From Alkalispirochaeta sp. (lineage in GTDB: Bacteria; Spirochaetota; Spirochaetia; DSM-27196; Alkalispirochaetaceae): 64,000 nt of DNA. Below are positions 40,648-49,400 of this stretch, piece by piece. The stretch spans positions 1,856,001 to 1,920,000 of the forward strand of contig OZ271854.1 of assembly GCA_965601925.1 (NCBI GenBank), written 5' to 3'. Under the pieces are notes generated by a model. That model worked only from the letters and a program-made list of their open reading frames with translations, was not told where the DNA came from and ran no database searches. The first letter of the stretch is position 1. Each line of letters begins with the position of its first letter. The position numbers and the translations under genes are program-made.

Positions 40648-41628
40648 ATGAGAGCTTTGACCTTCGATCCGTCGAGCGATCGATTTGCACTTGTCGAGCG
40701 ACCTACGCCCGCGCCCGGTCCGCGCGACGCGTTGATACGGGTCGACGCGTGCGGTCTGAACCCGGTCGATGCGAAGATTTGTCAGTGGAAGGCGTTGGTG
40801 CCGCATATGGGCGACGACTGGACGCCGGGTTTGGACGTCGCGGGCACCATCGTTCAGATCGGTGAGGAGGTAGACTCGTGGACGATCGGTGATCGAGTAC
40901 TGTGCCACGGTAACATGTTTCGCCCCCACGGAGGCTTTGCCGAGTACTCGCTGCAACGCGCCGATGCGCTCATTCGCCATCCGAATGTATCGGCTCCCGT
41001 TGCCGCGGCGACGCCGTGCGCCGGATGGACCGCATGGCGCGCGTTGGTGGACAAACTGCGCGCCGGCACCGAGGATTCACTCGTTATCGCCGGAGGATCG
41101 GGCGGCGTCGGAAGCTTCGCGATCCAGATCGCGCGCCATCTGGGCGTGTATCCGATTATCGCGACGGCATCGGGGCGCAACCACGACTACGTCGCGTCGC
41201 TGGGCGCGACCCACACCATCGACTACCGCACCGAGGACGTCGTCGGTCGCGTGCACGAGATCACCGGCGGCACCGGCGTAACGCTCGGTATCGACGCCGT
41301 AGGACCGGACAACGATGTCGCGATCGCCGATTGTCTGTCGTTCGAGGGTCACATGGTAGAGTTGGTCGACGTCGTTCGGCCCACCGCCTATCGCGACGCC
41401 TTCTCGCGGGGCCTTAGCTTTCACCAACTCAGCCTAGGCTCCGGCCACCGCAACGGGCCGGCGGCGCTGCGCGACCTGGTAGCGGCGGGCGCGGCGGTCT
41501 CCTCGCTGGTCGCGCAAGGCCACGTGAAGACACCGATGCTCAAAACGATATCCATCGATCTAGTCGGCGACACGCTGAACGCGATGCTCCAGCGGCGGAC
41601 GGTCGGCAAGATCGTAATGGTCAGTTAG
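40648..41628 (+). CDS. MDR family (quinone oxidoreductase-like) dehydrogenase
   Basis: GLNPVD, PGLDVAG, GGFAEY, GGSGGVGSFAIQ, GKIV. Confidence 0.92.
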   Translation: MRALTFDPSSDRFALVERPTPAPGPRDALIRVDACGLNPVDAKICQWKALVPHMGDDWTPGLDVAGTIVQIGEEVDSWTIGDRVLCHGNMFRPHGGFAEYSLQRADALIRHPNVSAPVAAATPCAGWTAWRALVDKLRAGTEDSLVIAGGSGGVGSFAIQIARHLGVYPIIATASGRNHDYVASLGATHTIDYRTEDVVGRVHEITGGTGVTLGIDAVGPDNDVAIADCLSFEGHMVELVDVVRPTAYRDAFSRGLSFHQLSLGSGHRNGPAALRDLVAAGAAVSSLVAQGHVKTPMLKTISIDLVGDTLNAMLQRRTVGKIVMVS

Positions 41629-41698
41629 ACCGGTGCGCGTACCGTCTTCTCCCGGTTTTTGAGGACGTGTACTCTCGCCGCCGATGCGTTTCGAGGTG

Positions 41699-41719
41699 GC
41701 GTCGCACAATCGGCCGGCG
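41699..41719 (+). repeat. 21-bp direct repeat, copy 1
   Basis: GCGTCGCACAATCGGCCGGCG, identical to 42771-42791. Confidence 0.9.
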
Positions 41720-41720
41720 G

Positions 41721-42692
41721 CTAATTGCCGGTCGAGAAAAACTGATCGATCGTTCCCAAGCTCAAATCGGCTGCGGATACCGGCGTAACGACGCGAATTG
41801 TGGCGCGTTCGCGGGTTCCCACGCCGAACTCGTCGATTGACGCGTCGTCGTCGATCCCGATGACGATCCGCGCAATGGGCGCGCCGAGAACGTAGTAGAG
41901 AGAAAACGCGAAGTCACCATTCTGGTCGGTCGTCGCGAATTGAAAGTCGGTACTGTAGAAGCCGGTCGATTGCCCGAGATTCACGATAGCGCCGGCTACC
42001 GCCACGGCGGGGCTCCCGTCTTCCACGGTTCCCGTTAACGACCCTTGAGTCGCCTGCTGCGGATCGGTGGAGAGGGTGTAGGAAAACCCCTGATTCGACT
42101 CGCCGAAACGCCCAGCTTCGGTGTGGGTGAACTCCAGGTAGACCATGCCGACGTCGCGGGCCAGATAGATTGAACCGGTACCCCTGAACTGATCATTCGA
42201 GACCGCGGACGCATCGAAGTCCAAGATAAGTACGTCATCGTACCCGCGCGCGGTGCCTGCAAGGCGTGGCGAGAAGGTTATGCCCGATAGGACGTACGCG
42301 ACACCCGGCGTTATCGTTTGCGGTAGGCGTACGAAATAGTGATATCCGCGGTGATCTCTGTTTCCCGTCACCAGGTGATTATCGATGTACGCACTATCGT
42401 CGGCAGCGGTGAAATGGCCGTATCCGTAGCTCGGGGCGTCGCCGTCCTCGTCGGAACTATACAGGTATGTCGCCACACGTCCCGTTTCCGGTTGCTGATA
42501 CGTCACGAAGCGGCTGCCGGAGGTATACACACCGTCGGTGTCAAAACTGTATGCGAAATGGATACCGGCATCGGTCGGAAAGTAGTCTTCACTCCCCACG
42601 GTAGTGTCTCCGTTGCCGGATGTATCGCACCCAACGACAGTGAAGGCGGCTATTATTACCATGCAGCATATTAAAGAAGTGGTATGTCTCAT
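41721..42692 (-). CDS. Hypothetical lipoprotein with C-terminal carboxypeptidase-regulatory-like (Ig) domain
   Basis: Lipobox VVGC; DYFP, YLARDVGMV; GSLTGTVED...VAGAIV...ATTDQNGDF. Confidence 0.7.
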   Translation of the reverse strand: MRHTTSLICCMVIIAAFTVVGCDTSGNGDTTVGSEDYFPTDAGIHFAYSFDTDGVYTSGSRFVTYQQPETGRVATYLYSSDEDGDAPSYGYGHFTAADDSAYIDNHLVTGNRDHRGYHYFVRLPQTITPGVAYVLSGITFSPRLAGTARGYDDVLILDFDASAVSNDQFRGTGSIYLARDVGMVYLEFTHTEAGRFGESNQGFSYTLSTDPQQATQGSLTGTVEDGSPAVAVAGAIVNLGQSTGFYSTDFQFATTDQNGDFAFSLYYVLGAPIARIVIGIDDDASIDEFGVGTRERATIRVVTPVSAADLSLGTIDQFFSTGN

Positions 42693-42770
42693 ACCTAATA
42701 ATAGCTCACAAAAGTTAATTGTAGGTTATAAATGGTTACTTGTGCTCCTCGTCGCCATCGCGTACGGGTC

Positions 42771-42791
42771 GCGTCGCACAATCGGCCGGCG
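42771..42791 (+). repeat. 21-bp direct repeat, copy 2
   Basis: GCGTCGCACAATCGGCCGGCG. Confidence 0.9.
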
Positions 42792-42901
42792 CTGCCGACG
42801 GCATCGCCTCTCCGTTCTCCCGAAGATGCGCCTGCGGGACTGCGATGTCGCCACTACCCACGCAACGTCGTCGACGAGGACCCCATACGACCCTTTGCGA
42901 T

Positions 42902-43312
42902 TCAGTAGGCGATCTTGAGCTCCACGGCGCCGAGGATGAGGACATCACCTTCCTGTAGGGGCGTTGAGGCGCCCCGGACGAGCCGCTTGCCGTTGAGGAA
43001 GGTGCCGTTGGTACTTCCGCTATCCTCTATGTATGCAGTCCCCTTGCGGACGGTGATCATTGCGTGAAACTTGGATACTTTCGGGTCGGCAATAATGACA
43101 CCGTTGTGGCGGTCTCGGCCCAGACCGAATGACGTGCGGTTGAGCATTTTGCTCCTGCCGTGCGCTTCGAGCATCGGTACAACCGAGAAAACGATCCGGG
43201 CCGATTTGGTAACGACGACATCACCCACTCCGGATAGTAACGTGTCCTGAGAAAAGAGATCTCTCCTCTTGCCCACAAACTGTAATGTAGCCCTCCCCTT
43301 CGGGGCATTCAA
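42902..43312 (-). CDS. Stand-alone FHA domain protein
   Basis: LGRD, VSKFHA, DSGSTNGTFLNG, LQEGDVLILG; start uncertain. Confidence 0.9.
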   Translation of the reverse strand: MNAPKGRATLQFVGKRRDLFSQDTLLSGVGDVVVTKSARIVFSVVPMLEAHGRSKMLNRTSFGLGRDRHNGVIIADPKVSKFHAMITVRKGTAYIEDSGSTNGTFLNGKRLVRGASTPLQEGDVLILGAVELKIAY

Positions 43313-43619
43313 CCTACGCCCTATTATTGTGTCGGAGGCTGTGCGCCTCTACCGCACGGTACGGATCATCCGTATCGCCGATGGTACCGGTCGTTGCGGT
43401 ATCGCTTTAACGACGCGTATTGCGCCCCCGGTAGTAGAGCCACTTGTCGACAGCCGAACTTGAGAGAGCCCGCCGACCGTGCGTGTTCCGATAGGCGGCT
43501 CTCGACCGATTTTTTGCCGGGAAAACGTTCCATCTTATAATCCTGAACGCCTCTTACGCGCTCCCTGGATAGTTTTCTCCCTAAGGTGCGAACGGTACTC
43601 GTATAAATGGGAGGTGAAT

Positions 43620-45122
43620 GTGAAAAAGAGACGGATAGAAACCAACGGCTTGAGAACGACGCTTACGGCTGCGGCGGCGCTTCTCGTCGTGATGGTGTTG
43701 AGTGGATGTGAATTGTTGGGGGAGATCCTTGGAGAGGATGATGGAGACGACACACAGGTCTTTGCCGAGGATGCGATAGGTCGAGGTTACAACATCCTCG
43801 GCAATTATGCGGACAATAAAGAGGTCCGCGCTCCCGTGTTGGATTTTGGGCAACTGCTTGCCGACGGTCTCGTAGACGAGCGCGTTATCGAGCGTGCGTC
43901 CTTCGAGACCTTTTCGGGATCAAGTGTTGAGGAGTACACCGAGAGCTTGGAAGTAAATGTCGAAGTGAGCGGAAGCTACAAGGGCTTCAGCGGATCGCTT
44001 GAAACCAATTTTTCCTCTGAAACATATAGTCGATCCGAGTTTTCATACGCGACGGTGCAGAGCGAGATTTTCAAACGTAGTTTCAACGTCGATACCCGTT
44101 CTTCGGAAACTCTCAGGGCATATTTGACCGAACGTGCGCGTGCGGAACTCAACGATCCAAGCGTGCCCTTAGATACGCTGCTGAGCCGTTACGGCTCGCA
44201 CGTTCTGCTCGGGATCTACGTCGGCGGTAGGTTGGATTACAACATGGCGACCGATTTCTCACAGTTCAGTAGTGAGCAGCTCGTCGGCGTCGCGGCAAAT
44301 GCATCGTTTAAGAACGTTTTTGCCTCGGCCGAGATCGACGTTGATGTGGAGTACAACGAAGAGATCAGAACTATGGAGCAGAACTCGCAAATACGCGTCA
44401 ATGTGTACGGCGGATCGAGCGAGTTCGGCCAGAATATCTTGAACGATAACGACTACACGCGCTGGATTGATAGTGTAGATGAACGCCAGATATTCGTCGG
44501 ATTCTTGGATGGACAACGGCCGCTCGTCCCTCTGTGGGAGTTCATTGACGATTCCGCACGTGCCGCCGCCCTTGAAGCAGCCTTTGAAGAGATTGCCGGT
44601 GATACGTCCGAAAACTTCACTGAGCAACCGATGCGCGTACGCGTTTCTCTCGATCGATTCACCGTCGTCAATATTGACGATGAACTTGGAGGAAGATCGG
44701 AGATCGAGCTTTACGGCGAGGTCCGTGCTAAGGGATGGCGAGAGATTGATGACACCGGTAGTAATCTGCGCTTTATCGGAAATACTGCCGACGTTCGGCT
44801 GTGGTCGCGAGATAGGGACAATGTCTTGTCACTTCCTCCCGGGGACGGCATGGGTGACGGGCGTGCCCCTGGGGGCGATACGCGTAGAACGGTGGAGATC
44901 ACCAACTTCAACGAACAAGTGTCCGCGATTGAGTTGATCGCCGATCTGTCGGATCAAGACGGCGGAAGCGCAAGCAACGACGACGACTTCTCGTACGCGA
45001 ACCAAGTCTTCTACATTCGCGACGGTTTCGGAGGAGCGAACGGGCAAAAGGTATTGGAGGTCGAAATGCCGGGCAGCACGATGAGGGTAAAGGCGTACTT
45101 TACGCTTGAAATCGCTCGATAG
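43620..45122 (+). CDS. MACPF (membrane attack complex/perforin) domain lipoprotein
   Basis: GGAGG RBS and GTG 43620; lipobox LSGC; IGRGYN; MACPF signature YGSHVLLGIYVGG (44190-44228); VYGG; WIDSV; LVPLWEF. Confidence 0.88.
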   Translation: MKKRRIETNGLRTTLTAAAALLVVMVLSGCELLGEILGEDDGDDTQVFAEDAIGRGYNILGNYADNKEVRAPVLDFGQLLADGLVDERVIERASFETFSGSSVEEYTESLEVNVEVSGSYKGFSGSLETNFSSETYSRSEFSYATVQSEIFKRSFNVDTRSSETLRAYLTERARAELNDPSVPLDTLLSRYGSHVLLGIYVGGRLDYNMATDFSQFSSEQLVGVAANASFKNVFASAEIDVDVEYNEEIRTMEQNSQIRVNVYGGSSEFGQNILNDNDYTRWIDSVDERQIFVGFLDGQRPLVPLWEFIDDSARAAALEAAFEEIAGDTSENFTEQPMRVRVSLDRFTVVNIDDELGGRSEIELYGEVRAKGWREIDDTGSNLRFIGNTADVRLWSRDRDNVLSLPPGDGMGDGRAPGGDTRRTVEITNFNEQVSAIELIADLSDQDGGSASNDDDFSYANQVFYIRDGFGGANGQKVLEVEMPGSTMRVKAYFTLEIAR

Positions 45123-45164
45123 CGATGTGACATCCGCATTGAATCGTAAGCAAGGAAGCAACTT

Positions 45165-46433
45165 ATGAAACGTTATATTAGAGCAACGGTCATTCTCTTT
45201 GCTGCTTTTTTTCTAACGGTCTCCTGTGACCTCCTCTCCTCGGACGACGAGAACGAGATATCGGCGGAGGGCGGTGTCGGCGGCGATACGACCAATCCGT
45301 CCAACGCCGGCGTCAGTAGTCAGTTCGTAGAGAGTTTCGCCTACAGCGGCTCCGGCGCACGAACTCTCGGAACGAGCTGGGATGTCTACGACGAAGGCGA
45401 CAATATCACCATCGAGGCGGCGGCCGGGTGGGGCGAGGCGATCGCCTACGGCGCCGGTGTGTATGTGATCGTGGGCGGGTCCGCAACGTCTCCCCAAGGG
45501 GATTTCGGGACGATCTACTTCAGCGAGGACGCGGTCAGTTGGACCGACGCGACGCCCTCGCTCAACTCTCAGTTCAACGATATCGTGTGGACCGGCGATC
45601 GCTTTATCGCCGTCGGGCTCGACGGTATCGTCGCCGAGAGTACCGACGGACGCAGCTGGCAATCCTACTGGATCGCCGGCTTTCCCACCTTCGAGGTCAA
45701 TCTCAAGTCGATCGCCGTCTCGCCGGACCGTATTGTAATCGGCGCCTTCGGCGGCCTGGTGTACGACCGTCCTCATACCTCGACCGGCACGTGGTTCGCC
45801 ACGCGGTTCGAGCACCCCGGTACGCGCAACCTGATCGGTCCTTCGTTCCAGGAGATCGCGTGGGACGGGTGGGAGTTCCTTCTCGGCGGACACCACTCCC
45901 TCGGTACGCCGATTCCGGTGCTCTGGTGGAGCCAAAGCGGTGTGCGCACCGACTGGTTCATCGTCGAGTTTCTGGAAGGGAGCTTCTGGCAACCGCCGAT
46001 CGGGATGGGGGCCCAACGTTCGATCGTCTCACTTGCCCGTTTCGGGGGCGATGAGAACGGCGTAACCATCGCCTCCTTGGACGGCGGCGCGGTCAACCAG
46101 AGCTTCGGCGTCAACAAGGGCGTCTACTACAGTAACGACTGGGGAGGTACGTGGAACGATATTACCGGTGTCGACGGCTCAACGCTCGTGTTCGACGCGA
46201 TCGCCCCGGGGCCGGGACGCGTGGTCGCCGCCTCGGACGCCGGTACGCTCTACTACTCCGACGACGGTCGAGCGTGGACCGCGGTCACGGCGCCCGCGGG
46301 TACCGGCGACGCGTCGCTACCCCTCAGAGATTTGATCTACGCTCCCGATACGCTCAACGCGAACGAGTTTCTCTTCATCGGATTCAAGCGCGGCCTCAGG
46401 CCGGAGATTTGGATATCGGCGATCACGAGCTGA
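45165..46433 (+). CDS. Lipoprotein with BNR/Asp-box beta-propeller repeats
   Basis: Lipobox TVSC; FSEDAVSWT, ESTDGRSWQ, YSNDWGGTW, YSDDGRAWT. Confidence 0.8.
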   Translation: MKRYIRATVILFAAFFLTVSCDLLSSDDENEISAEGGVGGDTTNPSNAGVSSQFVESFAYSGSGARTLGTSWDVYDEGDNITIEAAAGWGEAIAYGAGVYVIVGGSATSPQGDFGTIYFSEDAVSWTDATPSLNSQFNDIVWTGDRFIAVGLDGIVAESTDGRSWQSYWIAGFPTFEVNLKSIAVSPDRIVIGAFGGLVYDRPHTSTGTWFATRFEHPGTRNLIGPSFQEIAWDGWEFLLGGHHSLGTPIPVLWWSQSGVRTDWFIVEFLEGSFWQPPIGMGAQRSIVSLARFGGDENGVTIASLDGGAVNQSFGVNKGVYYSNDWGGTWNDITGVDGSTLVFDAIAPGPGRVVAASDAGTLYYSDDGRAWTAVTAPAGTGDASLPLRDLIYAPDTLNANEFLFIGFKRGLRPEIWISAITS

Positions 46434-46465
46434 TTTTGCCGCACAAGCGTATTACGTTCTGAGGA

Positions 46466-49400
46466 GTGGAGCACTCGTCGAGCCGCGGAGAGACGCCCTC
46501 TCCGCCGCTCTTCGTTGGTTCGCATTGTCACGTGTTCGTCGATACCCCATCGTCGGGCACGCAGACTTTTGCGGAGACGGAGAGCGATGATACCGTCCTT
46601 CTGCGCTACGAATACCGGAATGTCAAACTCCCTCCTCTGGCCGAGGCTGCGCGCTCCACCGCGTACGATCGTCTCGTTGCGTGCGGAGTGCTCTCCGATT
46701 GCACGATGGATATCGGAGCGGGATCGATTGTGCTCAGACGGAATGCGTTCGTCGGGCGCTCTCTTGCGGTTGCGTTTAGCGAGCTTGTCGATCGCCACCT
46801 CGACGAACGGTTGAATTTTGCGGCGCGTCTGTTCGCTCTGCTTGAGCGCATCCACCGTGTCGGCGTCGTTCACGGGCGTTTTAGTCCGGAACACGTCATC
46901 GTTGATATCGCCCTCGGCGAGGTGACGCTCTGCGGCTTCGGGGCGCCGATACCGATCGGGGTGCCGCCGGCAATCGCCCTGGGCCCGCTCGTGTTACGCG
47001 ATCGGAACGTAATTGCCGCGCCGGAGTTCTTTCATCGTCCGCACACCCCGATCGGCGAGAGTAGTGATCTGTACGCCTTCGGTAAGATTCTGTCGAGCCT
47101 TCTGCCGGAGGCGACCGACATTCCGCCGCTGCGCTCCTTCCTCCAACGGTTGACGGCGGTGCTTCCCACCGATCGATATGCCGATACGGCCGCGGCGATC
47201 GACGCGTTTTGCTCACTCGTCGAGGTCGACGTCGATCGGAGTTCCGGGTGCGCCGAGTCCGCTCCCTCCGCCGACAAGAGGTTGATTACGGCGGTCGAGC
47301 GCGAGGCGGAGGGGCGCGTAGCCGCCCTGTGGAACCGTATCGAAAAGGACGAGGCGGTCTTAATCACCGGTACGCGCACCGACGATAGCGCGTTCGGTAA
47401 CGCGGTCTCGCGGTGGGTTGCCGAACGGGGCGGATTGTTCGCCTACGGGCAGTGGAATCCCGTCTCGCGACAAGTACCCTACGCCGGCATCCGGTCGTTC
47501 GGACGGCAAATGGCGCAGGCCCTCGGTACCCTGACCGATGCGCAGCTCCGCCGGTTTCGCAGTGAGATACAATCGCGATTTCCCAACCGGGAGTACGTTG
47601 CACTGCAGATTCTGTACGGAGTCGAAGCGCTGCTCGAGATCGACGTACCTTCCCACGTACGGCACTTCCCGCCCGTTCCACAGGATATCGATCTGGTCGT
47701 GTATGAGTTGCTCTCCGGCATCGCCGTCGTCGCGCGTCCGATCGTGCTCTTTTTCGACAATTTCGATCTTGCCGATCGCGACAGTGCGCGCATACTCGCC
47801 AAGATCGTCTCACAACCGATTCCCGGCGTGAGAATCGTGGCGACGCTACGCGGTGACGACGATCAAGCGCCTCTCTCCGCCGAACTTCGGCGCGTCGTTC
47901 CCGATATCGACGCGCGGTTTTACCGACTGCGTATCGCCGAGGCCCCGACCGCCGCCGGCTTCGAGAGACACCTCGTAGCGGCGGTTCGGTCCGGAGATCC
48001 TGAGCTGTACCGCTTTCTGGAAGCGGCGGCGACGGTCGACGAGCCGTTCCGCCTGGCGCTTTTGGCGCGGGTCACCGGAATATCGCTCCGGCGGTGCGCC
48101 GAGTTGGCGCTTTCGGCGTTGACGCGAGGGGTGCTCTCGTCGCGTCCCAGTTCCTACGGATCCGAGTACGGCGCCCTCGACTTTCGTAGCGGAGCGATAC
48201 GCCAGGCGATCTATGCTCGCCTCTCCGACGATATCCGCCGGCGTCTCCATTGGGCGGTCGGTAATGCATTTCGCGAAGAGGCGGAGATCGACGGGGAGCC
48301 CGCATTGGTTTTCGTATCGGCCAACCAACTGAACCTCGGCTTTCCGTATGCGCCGTCGCACGCGGAGACGACCGTTGCAGCCGATGCATTTGCTCTTGCG
48401 GCGCGCCGCGCCATCCAGGGCGGCTCGTACGAGTCGGCCGTCGAGTACGCCGAACGCGGTCTGGAGATAACCGCGACACGTTTCAGCGCCGTCGCGCGGC
48501 GGCAGCGCTCCGCACTCGTCCGCGCTCTCGCCAGGGCGTTACACCTCGCGGGACGCTACGAGGAGGCGCTCGCGGAGCTCTCGCGGAGGTCGGGTGAGTT
48601 TTCGCGACCGACGGATCGCCTGTGGCTCGCGGAGGCGGAGTTTTACATCCGTACCGCCGTGGTCCCTCACACGAATCTCGGTTTGCGGAGTCAGTTTCGT
48701 ACCTATTATCACCAGATACGTGCGGTACTTGCCGATGCCGGAGTACGTGTTCCCCGGTCGATGAACGTCGCTTCCACCCTATCGACGGTGTTGCTCCTTG
48801 CGGTGTGGGTGCGGTTCGTCGGTCTGCGACGCCTAACCGGCCGCCGAGAGCCGGTCGAGGGGTCGCGTCGTTGGAGCATTGGGCGTTTGCTGGTGCTCGC
48901 TTCCGGCGCGGCATACGCCTTCGATCCGCATCTGACCGCTGCCGTGCAGGGTCGTATCGCGCTCCACACATTCCGCTACGGCGTCTCCGCCGGTTCGGCG
49001 TTTTCTTTCTCGATCGTCTCGACGATTCTTCTGGGCCTCCTTCGGGATAAGTGGGGATGTTTGCGATTCGCGGACTTATCACAAGCCCTTCTCTCATCGC
49101 CGAGTGCGAGGGAGGAACGCGGAAGAACGCTCTTCTTGCTGGCCGTCACGGCCGAACCGCTGCGCCGCTCGCTGAAGGACACATGGGACATGCTCGATCG
49201 AGCGCGCGTCGCGGCGATCGAAACCGGCGATATACAATTTGTCGCGCAGTCGTATGTGCTCTCACTCGTCTCACAGTTTCACGCCGGCGTTACGTTGCCG
49301 GAGCTCCGTAGACGGTTCGACGACGGGTTGCGCACGATACGCGCCGCTCGTCCCCAGCCGCACGTGAAGATGCTGGAGATCGGTGTTCGGGCGATCGAGC

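Noticed and set aside
41628..41720. Possible integron attC site next to the direct-repeat-flanked gene
   Set aside because: No RYYYAAC...GTTRRRY pair around a proper hairpin, and no integrase in the window
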